Shown one piece after another: positions 39,487-53,416 of a stretch of DNA of 64,000 nt; within the stretch, counting starts at the first letter, position 1, and every line of letters begins with the position of its first letter. The position numbers and the translations under genes are program-made. Origin of the DNA: Octopus sinensis. Its lineage: Eukaryota. The DNA lies in the NCBI RefSeq assembly GCF_006345805.1, contig NC_042997.1, positions 156,922,001 through 156,986,000 on the forward strand. The letters run 5' to 3'. The notes under the pieces are model-generated. The model had not been told where the DNA came from. It ran no database searches and saw only the letters and a program-made list of their open reading frames with translations.

Positions 39487-40091
39487 CGTTTGATTGCTTT
39501 TAATTATAGATCTACTTGAATAGGGCTGACCTAGGGTTAAACAACAACTTCATCGATGAAACAAAGCTCTATTTGGCCACTCAACCTGCTTGAAATAGCA
39601 GACAAATCTCCCTCAAATCACACCCAGCTGTCTCAGAAAAGAACACATTGGATTATGTAATCCTGGGTGCATTGTGCTGAGGAAAAGACAGCACGGTCAG
39701 GGCTGGAATACCGTCTATCACAGGCCTACCTTGAGAGCTGGTTTGTGATTCAACATCATCAACAGTGGATCTCTGTTGTTTGATAGTGAGGATGCACTTC
39801 ATTGATCAACTGAACTATAAAGTGGCTGAGCATTTCATAGAAATGTGATTCCTTAATTCTCAGGCTGAATCAGCATGGCATATTGTATGTGACAAGGCCG
39901 TACCTTTTGAATTCCATGTACAATCCACTTCATGGGCTTCTATACAGCTTCCAAAAATCCAGTTTCACTCACAAGGCATGAATCAGCCCAACGCTATAGA
40001 AAATGACATTGGCCCAAGGTGCCATGCTCTAGAATTGAACCTGGAATTGAGGCCATCAATAACATTATCTCTACTGTTCTTGGTTCTAGAC

Positions 40092-40316
40092 CAGGGGTGG
40101 GCGAACTTTTTTGATCGCAGGCCGCACAGTGCGTCTTTGGAACCTTGGCGGGCCTCATTTATAAAAATCAAGTGAAAATATTTTTAAAGGCGGTTATAGA
40201 CCTATAAACACACAATTGATTGAAAGGAAATTTTGTGAAATATTCCTCTCGACAGGCCGCATGAAAACCTATGGCGGGCCGCATGCGGCCCGCGGGCCGT
40301 AGTTTGCCCACCCCTG
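40092..40316. mobile_element. hAT (Charlie-type) MITE
   Basis: TIRs CAGGGGTGGGCGAAC / GTTTGCCCACCCCTG; perfect 8-bp TSD TTCTAGAC (40084-40091, 40317-40324). Confidence 0.92.
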
Positions 40317-40637
40317 TTCTAGACTGTCTTCTTCTTCCAGGTCTTGTTGGCTTTGAATTGTCATTGAGGCTTCTGTCATTTTGCTTATTTCTAAGTAGGG
40401 ATGTTGGCCCTATTCAAACCCATTTTTTTTTACCTATGAGAAGAGGTGGTCCATATTAGTTTGGCCTCTATTCTTTAAACTTCCAATATGTGAAGCCCTA
40501 TTAGTTTATGTTTCACTGACATAGCTCTCAGGGTCATTGAGACAGATGACCCTGCACATTGCAACAACGACTGGACATTCAATCCAGAAGATATTTCTTC
40601 AAATCCAAGAAGGAACTTAGACAGGCAAAGTGAATAA

Positions 40638-40808
40638 GGCGGGAAGCTAGCAGAAATGTTAGCACGTCGGGTAAAATGCTTAGCGGTGTTTCATCTGCCG
40701 CTACGTTCTGAGTTCAAATTCCACCGAGGTTGACTCTGCATTTCATCCTTTCGGGGTTGATAAATTAAGTACCAGTTGTGCACTGGAGTCGAGGTAATCG
40801 ACTTAATC
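40638..40808 (+). mobile_element. SINE family B copy
   Basis: Homologous to 39263-39486. Confidence 0.85.
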
Positions 40809-42465
40809 ATAAGACTACTTTATTAGAACTAATCTGCAAAACAACAACTAGGCCAAAAATTGTATTTCTACAGTGTCATTCAATCAGCTTAATATAGCAG
40901 TGAAACCTTCAAGAAACTCTCTATTGAGGACCATAAGCAGTCCTAAGTTATGAGTCAAGATCTCTGCAATAATACGAGAATGATCACAGTTGCAATAGTG
41001 AGACCAGGTTATACCTTATTTATTTAACATTGTACTAAACGTTTCGATGAGAAAAGACTGACAAAACCTATATATTTCTTCCGTCACAGCAACAGAAATT
41101 GTAGTAGCAATTGAAGTGGTGGTAGTAGTAACTGATGTAGTAGTAATAGAAGTAGTAAGGGACTCAATAAAAGAGCAAAAACTAGGCTACTTCAAATGTG
41201 AGCAGCTAAAATGTCCAAATAGGTTTTTCTAACATCAGAAAGTACATTGCTGTCCATCATGGACATTTTTGAGTGAATTTGAAAGAGGAGTTATCTATTC
41301 ATTTTAGGGACTCTCTTCTATAAATCAGCAATTTTTGAATGAAGCAATGAAGGATCCTCTACATGGTCAATCAATCTGATAGAAATCAAATCACATTTTG
41401 CAAGTTTGAAAAAAAAAAATGACATATCAAACCACCACCACCGCCGCCACCACCACCACCATCATCATCATCATTTAATGTCTGTATCCTGTGCTGGTAT
41501 GGGTTGGATATTCTGACAGGATCCAATTAACCAAAGGGCTCCAATGTCTGTTTTGGCAAAGTTTCTACACCTGGATTGCTTTTCCTAATGCCAAACAATT
41601 TACAGATTGTACCAAGCACCAGCTTGAAGTCCAAAATAAACTACAGGACAGTTATGGCTAGAGTGCATTTGATGATTATTCTGCACAACAAAATCTGACC
41701 AAAGCTAAACAACGACAACGACAACAACAACATAACAACAACAGTAACAACAACAGTAACAACTGCAACAGCAGCAGAGAAGAGACACTGTAATCATTTG
41801 GGATGTTGTTTGGGAGACATATCTTTGAACTTGAAACTTATAGAAGGCAAAAACCCATGTAGGAAAGAAGAGGTATTGGAACAACGACAGCAATAACAAC
41901 AACAGCAACACACCAAAATTAACACAGCTGTTACTACAAACACAAACAATAGCACAACAATAATGACAAAAATAAAACTTGAAAGAAAATGATATTTTAG
42001 ACTTATATTTATTAACACAAAAAAAAATAAAAAAAATAAATAAAACTGAAAACTTCTATAAGCTTTAAGAGGTGGAGATATTTTAATTTCCCCTCTGAAG
42101 TTTAAATGTTATAAAAGTAATTACTAAGAATCTATTGTTTGATGTCAGTATATAATGGATGCAAGAGTAATTTGAAACTCCTTTTAAAAATAAACATGTA
42201 CAAAGCTAGTTATATGAAAAGATATAGATGAAAACATTATGAAAAAAGTATGTTCATGCACATAGGCACACATAAACACCTTTTTGTGTTTTCTTTTATT
42301 TATATTTTGAACCGAAAAGAGCAACACCCTGACTGGAGATTAGGTTCTATCATTGCAATTCCACCCATAAAACTTCTTGGCAAAAATATTATGCTGAACT
42401 TACATGAGGTCTTGTACAGTTTTACTGTCATCGTTGTTTAGCTCTGTGTCAGCCCTGATTACTCT

Positions 42466-42889
42466 CTTTACTCTTTTACTCTTTTACTTGTTTCAGTCAT
42501 TTGACTGCAGCCATGCTGGAGCACCGCCTTTAGTTGAGCAAATCGACCTCAGGATTTATTCTTTGTAAGCCTAGTACTTATTCTATTGGTTTCTTTTGCT
42601 GAACCGCTAAGTTATGGGGACGTAAACGCACCAGCGTCGATTGTCAAGCGATGTTGGGGGGACAAACACAGACACACAAACATGTACGCACACATACACA
42701 CACACACATATATATATATATATACGACGAGCATCTTTCAGTTTCCATCTACCAAATCCACTCACAAGGCTTTGGTTGGCCCAAGGTTATAGTAGAAGAC
42801 ACTTGCCCAAGGTGCCACGCAGTGGGAATGAACCCAAAACCATGTGGTTGGTAAGCAAGCTACTTATCACACAGCCACTCTTGTGCCTA
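42466..42889 (-). mobile_element. SINE family A copy
   Basis: Reverse-complement homology to family A. Confidence 0.9.
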
Positions 42890-43641
42890 GATTGAATAGA
42901 TCTAGGAGAAAAAACATTCAAATCATGACCATAGGTGGGGGTATTTGTAGAATCATCAAAGTATTGGATAAAATACTCTGTGGTATTTGATCCAACTTTA
43001 TGTGGTCTGAGTTCAATTCCTGCTGAGGTCAACTTTGTTCTTTGTCCCTTCTTTGGGTTGATAAGAATGTACCAATCCAAGTAATAGCAAAGGGGAGAGG
43101 AGAAAGAGTAGTATCAATAGTTAATGAAAGAGAATCAGAGTATAACGACAAAAGTTGGATGAGTTGAGTAGGAGGAATATCATGGCTACCCTATGGGTGA
43201 ATAGGAATGGATGGAGTAGTGCCAGGAGGTAGACTGACAAGTCTTTTTAGTTACAACTAACTGATTGAACACATATTTTTGGTTAATGTCTGAAGGCCAC
43301 AGCTTAAGATACTGAGGATATCAAAGCAAAAGACAGATAAAGATGATGATGAGGTGGAGCAGCCAGAGTATACCCTCAATTATGTTCAAGAAAATAAGTA
43401 GACGAGATCAGGGTGACTCAAAATATAGTAGTCACAAAATTCTTATTAAATGATTTTCTTCTAAATTTTATTTTCACTCAAGGTCAAAACTTATATATTC
43501 TGACAGTTATAGGGTCAAGAGAAACTGTCCATTTATATTTGCTTGTATTTGAACTGTGAAAAGAGTTTTTTCTTTTCTATGTTTGCAGAACTTTTACAGT
43601 TCCTTCCAAAACTGCAGGCCTAGTTAACAATATCCATGTCC

Positions 43642-43833
43642 GGTAAGTTCACCATCATCAACTGACTACAGGGAAAGTTCACTGCAAGGAAAGTTTACGG
43701 AGAAGTAAGTTCACAGTGAAAGAATATAAAAAAAAACCTTATTTTCGAACTCTAAAGTTCATAGTGAACTTTCTTCACAGTGAATTGATGGTGGTGAACT
43801 CTCCTGCAATGAATTGATGGTGGTGAACTTACC
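43642..43833. mobile_element. MITE-like element with 20-bp TIRs and internal AAGTTCAC repeats
   Basis: GGTAAGTTCACCATCATCAA / TTGATGGTGGTGAACTTACC; no clear TSD. Confidence 0.65.
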
Positions 43834-43863
43834 TGTAACCAAGAATATAATCTATTGGTTATT

Positions 43864-44093
43864 GCGGCGAGCTGGTAGAATCGTTAGCACACCGGACGAA
43901 ATGCTTAATGGTATTTCGTCTGCTGCAACGTTCTGAGTTCAAATTCTGCCGAGGTCGACTTTGCCTTTCATCCATTCGGGGTCAATTAAATAAGTACCAG
44001 TTACATACTGGGGTCAATATAATCGACTTAATCCATTTGTCTGTCCTTGTTTGTCCTCTCTCTGTTTAACCCCTTGTGGGTAGTAAAGAAATA
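43864..44093 (+). mobile_element. SINE family B copy
   Basis: Full head, central domain and tail. Confidence 0.88.
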
Positions 44094-44773
44094 GGTTATT
44101 GTTCTTTAGACTTGGATTGGCCTTCACTGGCTAGATCCATGATCAAAGGTATTCCTCTTGTGGTGACTATCCCATTTTTTTTCAGACACAGTGAATTGAA
44201 TTAAGGACTATATTTCCACTGTACACTTCCATTAAGATAGTTGAATGTAATTCAAACTTGTATCTGTTGGATGCTGGTTGTTTTAGTTGATATTTCTCAT
44301 TCAGAATATCTTAATGTTGCTTTTTAGTGTTGCTTTATTTTATCTTTGAAGTCTGTAACTAGAGTATTACACTTTTGTGACTATATTTCTAATGTAAAAC
44401 ATTGTCTGTGTATTTTGGTCCATATTGGAAATAATTTTAAGTGAGTTGTAACGAAATAGTTAACTTTGACATTACTAAAAAATTAATTCAGGAGTAAGAA
44501 ATGATTTGGCATAGCCATTTTGGAATTGCTTATTTAGCATTGCTGATTCAATGCTGACTTATTTGACATTAGATATTTCAATGCTTCTCTTGTTTTAATC
44601 TCTCTCTCTCTGTCCCTAATGTCAAAATGCAATGTTGCTAAAACATGCTGAAAGTCCCATTTAGCTGTGGCAGATCATCAAAGGTCAAACAGCCGTGCCC
44701 AATCATTTCGTTCTGTGCATTTCAACATTTTAATGTCTGAATGGCTGAGACTCAAAGCTCAAGTCAAATTAAA

Positions 44774-45165
44774 TCTCTCTATATATAAAGCTGAAGTTGT
44801 CTGTATATGACAGGTTTGATAGCCTTCAGCTAACACTATCTCCTCCGAGACCCTGCGGTGCAAGTTGACCAAAATTGAGAGTATGATAGAAGAAGGCTTG
44901 CTCTTCCTTCTGTAGAAGAAAAAATTCAAATTGGTTCATGTTAACACCAAAAATTATTTACATTAAAAAGGTGCTTTTTTTCTATGAAAATCCCTATTTT
45001 TTACGATTTTTTGACTGCTGTGTCGCCATTTTTCGGTGTATTTCAACCAGAAAAATGTTCACTTAAAGAGAATAACAAGCTACATAATGCAAAATTTTTA
45101 CTTTTCAAAAATTCCAATTCTAAAGGGTCGAAACAAACCCGAGCAACACAGGGCAATACTGCTAG
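44774..45165 (+). mobile_element. Non-autonomous Helitron
   Basis: A|TCTCTCTATATATAAAG start; CCCGAGCAACACAGGG hairpin then CTGCTAG|T end. Confidence 0.8.
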
Positions 45166-45836
45166 TATTGTAATAAATTTGATCCTACTTTTTGTATTGA
45201 GTTTCCTGATCGGTAAATGTTTTTATTCTTAAACTTGCATTAAAATAATTGTTTCTAACATAGTCAAAAGACCTGAAATTCAGGGCATAGAATAGTCAAT
45301 TATATCAACCTCAGTACTTGATTGGTACTTTATTTCATCAAGCCTGGAGAGATGAAAAGCACAGTTGACTTCAGTGGGATTTGAACTCAGAACATAACAA
45401 GCCATTGTCTCTAACAAGGCATTATTGCTGATACTCTGATGATGCTACCTTCCCATGCCACCACTTACTTCAAAAATTATTATGAATTTATTTATTTATA
45501 ACATTTAAATACAGAGAAACTGGAAAAAAGAGAGATTAGAAAGATAAAAGAAAGGAAAGAAAAAGGGCAGGGGTGGGTGGGTAAAACAGCTGAAGATGGA
45601 GGGGACAATGAGCCACACATCCTAGAGCAAATAGTGTGATCAGATACACCCCATAGTAATGACTGTGATGGTATTTGCCATGAAGAATGGCCAGTGACAT
45701 TTGTTGCAACAACTTTGCCTTGTGGGGCTCATTTCTTATACAGGCGGTCATTATCCCTAATGTTTTAGGTTCACCCTTTACTATTCAAATCAGCTATATC
45801 CAGCCGGAATATTCTACCTGTTTTAATTTTAAGTGT

Positions 45837-46150
45837 GGAGGCGTAATGGCCCAGTGGTTAGGGGAGTGGACTCGCGATCGGAGGGTCATGGTTTCGATTC
45901 CCAGAACAGGCTTTGTGTGTGTTTATTGAGCGAAAACCCCCAAAAAAGCTCTAAGAGACTCTGGCAGGAGGTGGTGGCGACCCCTGTTGTACTCTTTCAC
46001 CACAACTTTCTCTCACTCTCTCTTCCTGTTTCTTGAGTAATGCTGCAATGGACTGGCGTCCCATCCAGCTGGGGGGAACATATATACCACAGAAACCGGG
46101 AAACCGGGTCCATGAGCCTTGCTAGGCTTGAAAAGGGCGACGTATATCGT
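45837..46150 (+). mobile_element. tRNA-derived SINE family C, inserted in a TTAA-type MITE
   Basis: GGAGGCGTAATGGCCCAGTGGTTAG (A-box) and GGTTTCGATTCCC (B-box). Homologues at 8258-8633 (-) and 61990-62300 (-). Confidence 0.85.
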
Positions 46151-46826
46151 TTTTAAGTTTAAGTCAGCCAGATTTGACCTTTCACACATACCCTACAATG
46201 TTATTCTAAAGATAGACAATCAAATCATTTAAATCTTGAAACTTCATACAAGATAATACATGATTAATTCAACATAATTTGAATAAATAAGCATTACACT
46301 TGACAAATGCTGAAGGGTAAAATAAAAACACTTTACAACTTGACTTTTATGTCTTAGAACCTGGGTGGTCTAAGGTTGGCATCAAGAGAGTTTAATAAAG
46401 ATACGGAGACAATTAATAGATTAATAGATGCTTGTAAAAAGAATGTAATACAAAGTGAAGCAAAAGGCCTCATGTTTTGTATAATATAAAACTTCTGACA
46501 AAGATCGGTGCTTGGATAATGTATTGTTATTTCCAAAAGTCAGTAGTTTTCTTACACATACTTTTACATGCACGTTTACATTCACACACAGACACACACA
46601 CAAACAAAGACACCTTTGCATTTATGGATACTGACACGTATCCATACTCAGTGCTATGTGTATATGTATTTCCTTATACATGCATTCCTCCTCCCCTTCC
46701 CCTCCTCCTCCTCACCGTCTTCATCCTTCTTTTCCTTGAATATTTACATGCGCACACGTGTGCGTAAGTGTATACATCAACATCTTCCAGTACACACACA
46801 CAGCAAATGTATATATGTATATATTC

Positions 46827-46869
<43 letters not shown>

Positions 46870-47102
46870 GCACTCCAGGATGTGGAGGGATTTTGTCTTA
46901 AGGATACACAAAGTTTTCATTAGGAATCGGAATTCTTGTACTGTTAAATATTTAGCATCATTACTTCTATCACCACACCCAAGATCCCAATTATTTATGG
47001 ACTTTGTTGCAAGTTTCAACTTCCCCATATCTACTTCCAGTTCCTAAATCTATAGTTTCACAACCTCTGTTTGGCTGCATTACTATATCATCATCATCAT
47101 CG

Positions 47103-47145
<43 letters not shown>

Positions 47146-47164
47146 CATCATTATTATTATCATC

Positions 47165-47600
47165 ATGTGTGGCAAGCTAGCAGAATTGTTAGCCTGTAGG
47201 ACAGAATGTTCAGTGGCATTTGTTTGGTTCTTTATCTTTTGAGTTCAAATTCTGCTGAGGTAGACTTCATCCTCTTGAGGTTTGACAAAATAAGTACCAA
47301 TTGAGCACTTGTTTCCATGTAATTGACTAACCTCACCCCTAAAATTGCTGGCCTTGTGCAAAAATTTGAAACCATTATAAGGAAGTGAGCTGGCAGCATT
47401 GTTAGCATATTGGAAAGAATCCCTAGCTGTTTTCCTTCTTCTGACTTACTACATTCTGAGTTCAAATTCCACAGAGGTCGACTTTGCCATTCATCCTTTC
47501 AGGGGCAAGAAAATAGGTAACAGTTAAACACTGGGGCTTGATGTAATTGACTAGCACCCTCCCACAAGTTTTCAGGTCCTGTGCCTATAGTAGAAAGAAT
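47165..47600 (+). mobile_element. Two tandem older SINE family B copies
   Basis: Two successive heads (~47168, ~47384), each with GAGTTCAAATTC and the central domain. Confidence 0.75.
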
Positions 47601-47946
47601 GATTATTATTGTTGCTGGTAGTGATTTATGGCCTTGTTAGAAATCATTGAAAGTGAAGAAGATGGCAGAATCAGTAAAGTATTTGGTAGACTTCAGTTAT
47701 GTTACTATATGGCCTGAGTTCAATTCTCTCAAGCAGAGGTTCTCAACATGGGCAACATTGCCCTCAAAAGAGGCACTAGGTATGTTGAAGGGGGTGTTAG
47801 GCTTCGAGGGGCAGTGAAATAATGTAATTAACTTACTAAATTTTGCCTATAGTATTAATCATGATAAAACTAGTAATGGCTATTAAAATAAAATGATAAA
47901 TAAGTAGTGTGCTGCTATTTCTAGCAGGTTGAGCAACTGTGTAGAA

Positions 47947-48278
47947 CAGACCTGGCTAACTTGACTTACACTGTGGGCCACTTTAGTCACAGAAAGTTTT
48001 TTTGAGGGCTGCTTGTATACAGACAGAATTTAAAGCATTTTGCTTTCTCATGCTATTATTACAATAATGAATGAACGATCGTTGATTTAACATGAAATAT
48101 TATCGTTGCAAAAACAGTAGTATCTTTTTCTTTTACTTTTCTTTACAATCTTTAATTTTTTATAAAATTTTTTAAATGTTTGTTTAAATAAACCCAGTTG
48201 AAGAAACTATCAAGTGTGCTGCAAGATGAAAGTCTGCGGGCCGCATGTGGCCTACAGGCCTCAGGTTGGCCAGCCCTG
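47947..48278. mobile_element. hAT MITE
   Basis: TIRs CAGACCTGGCTAAC / GTTGGCCAGCCCTG; perfect 8-bp TSD GTGTAGAA (47939-47946, 48279-48286). Confidence 0.85.
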
Positions 48279-48741
48279 GTGTAGAATATACACCATTGCT
48301 CAACCTGATACAGTAAAATTTAGCTAGATCTCATCAGGCACAGATGAACCATTAACTTACAATGCATAAAGTCAATTTACAATTTTTGTCTTTATTAATT
48401 CTTTTATCATATCACTGTTAAAAGCTTACACAATCCATTTTTAGTGTGAAATTTATGTTAAATTAGTTTAACATTAGTTAATATCCATGTTAAATAAGTT
48501 TAGTTGTGATACCTCACTCACCGCTTAGGTGGGTGTTAGGTATAACAACTAATTATAAAGGAGTGCTACAAAACAAGTAAAAAAGTTTAAGAACCACTGC
48601 TTTAGAGTAATATATAAAATAAGCAACAAAGTAACAAAGTACTTGGTATGAATTAATTAAGTGAAATTTGTCCTTGCTCTTTCAGGTTTGGACCAATGCT
48701 ACAAATCATATTTAAAATTTTTTGTACTATTTTATAGGTTA

Positions 48742-49140
48742 CTAGCAGTATCGCCCAGCGTTGCTCGGGTTTGTAAGGGAAATAACTATATAAGCATTTT
48801 TAGAGATGTAAAGTATAATAGCCATCTCAATATGGCTAACCACATAGGGGGGGGGGTGTTACTGTAGCTTTTTACGTTCTGAGATTTAACAATAAATTTT
48901 TAGAGAGCTACTTCCCTTATATATGCCAAAAATGCATTAAAAATGGGAAAAATTGATGGTAAATTTTTTTTTAAATCATAGACTCATCGTAGATGCGCGC
49001 TAATACCCAGAAGGGCTCGATATGAATCACGACTATAAGATACCCGGTTTTGGTTAAACTGCACCGCAAAATGTGGGAGTAGTTAGGAATCTAAATCGTA
49101 GGAGACAGACAGCACACAACCTCTCTTTTATATATAAAGA
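48742..49140 (-). mobile_element. Non-autonomous Helitron
   Basis: Minus strand A|TCTTTATATATAAAAG start; CCCGAGCAACGCTGGG then ATACTGCTAG|T end. Confidence 0.82.
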
Positions 49141-52016
49141 TATTGAAGGAAAATTATGGTAATATAGAAATACATTCTGAGCAAAACATGTTTGTAACAT
49201 GGTTGCCATTGATCAGACCCTAATCAGCTTTCATCAATAAGGATCCTAGCTGTGACCATGCTGTCATTCATCAAGGCATAATCAAAAATACATAATTCAG
49301 TATGTCCTTTTATTTTAGGTATTATGGGTGTGATATAAAGGAGGTTTGGTTCCTATTTCTAGCAAGTCAACCAAACCATGCAGAAGTGCTTTGGTTTGTG
49401 ACATGCTGTCATTCTAAGTGGAAACTCTTTCTTTTCATTTTTGTAACTGATTACACTATTAATTTTCCCACATCCCTAAAATCTGCTGCCTTGTACCTAG
49501 TTATCCTTATATGGAAACTTGCAGAGAGCTACATCATCAGAGAATTAATTTAGACTTTTTGGTGAAAAGTGTACAAAACATTTGGCAGAGAGAACAAAAA
49601 TGTGATATGTTATGAAGAACCAATCTTTAGAGATCAACAAAAAAACAACAGAAGAGTAGGAATTATGGTAAGAAAAAGAGAATGACATTGAAATAAATAT
49701 ATCGGTTAAGAAATGAGCTTGACTTCAAAACATATCAACTGTACTTCAAAGAACATTAGTATATGAGACTATGTGGTATCTTAACCTGCTAAAACTAGCA
49801 GTGCTACTTACCTCAAATCAAAACATTGTATCTTATAAAAAGGACATCAACTATACAATACAAGACAGTAGAGAGATATGATAGCACCATGGTACCTATT
49901 AAACCTAAATGAAGTGGGACCCCCAAAAAATTAAGGTCATATTAATGACAGATACAAACTGTTGACTCTTTGAACAAATAGGGGCTTTTTTGCTTTTGTT
50001 TTTTTTTTGTTTGTTTTGTTGTTGTTTTTTATTTTATGATCTGGCCATACTTTTGTGACTTTTAAAAATAAATTTACACCTAGAAAATGCAACTTGTAAA
50101 AAAGAAAAGAAAAAAAACAACAAAAATAAGAAAAACAAAACAAAATAAAAAAACAACAAAACAAAAAAAAACAAAAACAAAAACAGTATATTCAGAGTTG
50201 GCAAATTTTCAGTTACTGCTGCTTAATTGTTAATCTTCCTCTATTAGTTCAAATCCTTGTTTAAGACATATTATCAAAATACATGTGTTATCAGAATAAT
50301 GTATTAACTTAGATATAACAATATAGTTTAATAAATTGAGGTTTTATCAAAAGATAATTGGGGGTTAAATAGAACTGTTATACTATGAATTATTTATTTC
50401 ATAATCATGCAGACTCCATATAAAAGCTACTTGAGTTAGATTTATATTTTAAAGAGAATATATACTGTTTGTATATATTTATGAGATAGTGAGTTCAGTT
50501 CCTGGAGCAGGCTGTGTACTGTGTTCTTGAGTATATATATATAATTGTTTAATGTCTGCCCTCCATGCTGACATGGGTGGGGCAATATGATAGGAGCCGG
50601 CCGGGAAGAAGCCTGCTCCAGACTTCTGTGACTGTTTTGGCAGGATTTTTACAGCTGGATGCCCTTCCTAACACCAACAACTCAGCAGAGCAGACTCAGT
50701 GCTTTTTACATGGCAGACCCACCCACACACACATGCACATATACATATATATTTATATATATTTATGCCATTATAATCATACATATATTGATTTATATGT
50801 ATATATACATATATATGTATAAACATATATGCTCATGGTTAAATATAGGTAATATACTGGTAGTGTAATGGCTACTTCTATCCCTTTGATGGTTATTTTA
50901 ACCTCTAACAAAACTAAGCATACATATGTATATAAATATATATATACATACACACACTCATACCTACAAACTTGTACACATACATACATACACATAGTCA
51001 TACATAGGAGATTATTGGCACATTAACTTAAACATCTATTAATCAAATAGTTACATAAAATGATGATGATGCAATGATGATGATAACGGGGGGGGGGGGC
51101 GGATGATGATGATAATCAGTGTGATTAATTTTCCTTAAGTGAGTTTTACAAAAAAAAAAAGAGAAAAGAAAAAAGAAAAAGCTGACATCTGGTTGTTTTA
51201 AATTTAAAGTGGATATTGATTTTCCCTATCAGGCTCAGTGATGGAGGTGGGGTGCCTTATAGGCATTCCCCACCCTTTATCAAATATTTAAAAATACTAA
51301 CATATACACACATATTGATGAAAACACACACAGATGCATTTGGTAAATGTATTGATTATGATCTGAAGGGCTTTGAATTCCCTTTTACTGCTGGAGTTTC
51401 ATTGTGAGCCTGAATAGAACACTTAAATTCTACATTACCTTAATTGAACTAGCTGTAGGGGATAAGTATGAGATCTTTGCAGCAATGCAAAAATCCCCAG
51501 GAAACCAAACAAGAACAATATGCCATCCTCCATGAATCATGATAAGCTTGAAACTTGATACAAATCACTATTTTTAAATGCCTGCAGTTTATGTAACAAG
51601 CTCAACCTTTCTGACTCTTATGTTAAAAGTACTGACCCTGATTTCATTACTATTATGGAACTATGGGAATATTCTTCGTATTGCAATGGTAGCTTCAGCA
51701 AGGCTGGCAACAACTTGCATTACAAAGACTGATTTAATTGCTGTGGGGGTGTTGTGATGGAGTATGTTTACTGAACTTTTGCGGAAATTCCTTGTGATGA
51801 TTCGAACCAGTCACAACAAGAGGTATTTTTCTGTAATATTTATATATATAAGTCAACACTACTAGTTGTTTATCATCACTACTAACTACAACTAAGGCAC
51901 ACTACTTTTTGACATCCTCAGAGCTTCATCTAGGGAAACAATCACCTATGTTTTCATTACTAGTGATTTCGGTTACCCAGAGATTAATAGGAATACCTTT
52001 CATTGGCTGCAATCAT

Positions 52017-52575
52017 CACCTTCATCATCATCATTTAACGTCCGTTTTTCATGCTGGCATGGGTTGGACGATTTGACTGAGGACTGGTGAACTAGATGGC
52101 TGCGCCAGGCTCCAATCTGATCTGACAGAGTTTCTACAGCTGGATGCCCTCTTTAACTTCAACCACTCCGAGAGTGTAGTGGGTGCTTTTACATGCCACC
52201 TGCACGAGGGCCAGTCTGGTGGTACTGGCAATGGCCACGCTCGAAATGGTGTTTTTTACGTGCCACCTGCACAGGAGTCAGTCAACAACCTGGCAACAAC
52301 CTCGCTCGAATGTTTTGTTCATGTGCCACTGCACAAGTACCAGTGAGGCGACACTAGTAACGATCACGCTCAAATGGTGCTTTTTACGTTCCCACTGGCA
52401 CGGAAGCCAGACAGCTGCTCTGGCAGTGATCCCGCTTGGATGGAGCTGTTAGCGCTCCACTGGCACGGGTGCCAGTCATCGAAATTGGTTCAATTTCGAT
52501 TTTTGATTTCACTTGCCCCAACAGGTCTTCGCGTGCATATGATTTCCTTGATTTTGCACTGGACAAGAACTGGTC
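52017..52575 (-). mobile_element. Long RTE 3'-UTR fragment
   Basis: Tail plus repeated GCCACC/GGTGGC modules and a cacttgccccaacaggtcttc segment resembling 18040-18060 in reverse complement. Confidence 0.82.
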
Positions 52576-52912
52576 TTGAGTAACCACCTCCTCTACATGA
52601 AGTAACAAACCTCTGGCTCCGCTATCAGTGTCACTACGCAAGAACCAATTAAAGCAGTCTTTGTGAAGCAAGTTGTAGCCAGCCATGCTAAAAATACCTC
52701 TGAAGTATAAAAATGAGCAGGTAGTACCATTAGCAGATTGAACAAAATGCCTAACAATGTTTCTTCAGGCTCATTTTGTTCTGAGTTGCAAGGTTCAACA
52801 AAAAAAGTACCAGTCAAAGACTGGGCCGGTGTAATTGACTGACACCTCCCCACCCACAAAAAACTGCTAGCCTTGTATCAAGATTTGAAACATTCTTCTT
52901 CTTCTTCTTAAG

Positions 52913-53292
52913 GTGGCGAGCTGGCAGAGTTGTTAGCATGCTGGGCAAAATGTTTAGTGGTATTTCGTCTGCCGTTACGTTCTGAGTTCAAATTCCGCCG
53001 AGGTCGACTTTGCCTTTCATCCTTTCAGGGTCGATTAAATAAGTACCAGTTGCACACTGGGGTCAATATGATCGACTTAATCCATTTATCTGTTCTCTCT
53101 ATATTTAGCCCCTTGTGGGTAGTAAAGAAATGGGTATTTCATCTGCCACTACCCTCTGAGTTCAAATTCTGCCAGGGTTGACTTTACCTTTCATTCTTTC
53201 GGGGTTGATAAATGAAGTACCAGTAAAACACTGGGGTCGATGTAACCGACTAGTCCCCTCCCCCAGAATTTCAGGCCTTGTGCCTATAATAG
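52913..53292 (+). mobile_element. SINE family B copy plus a partial second copy
   Basis: Full copy to ~53120, then a second B-box and central domain; ends ~70 bp from the exon E donor. Confidence 0.85.
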
Positions 53293-53360
53293 GAAATCTT
53301 CTTTTTCTTCTTCTCATTCACATACACATGCATAACAAAATAAGAAAACATATGACTAAC

Positions 53361-53416
53361 CTGTAATAATGTTACCGAAGGGAGTTTTCACACCACTCTG
53401 AGAATTTATGGCAGTT
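53361..53416 (-). CDS. SLC26A11: SLC26A11-like exon E (56 nt, phase 2 to 1)
   Basis: Acceptor ctcttcttcacag, donor gttagt. Encodes (R)TAINSQSGVKTPFGNIIT(G). Confidence 0.96.
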
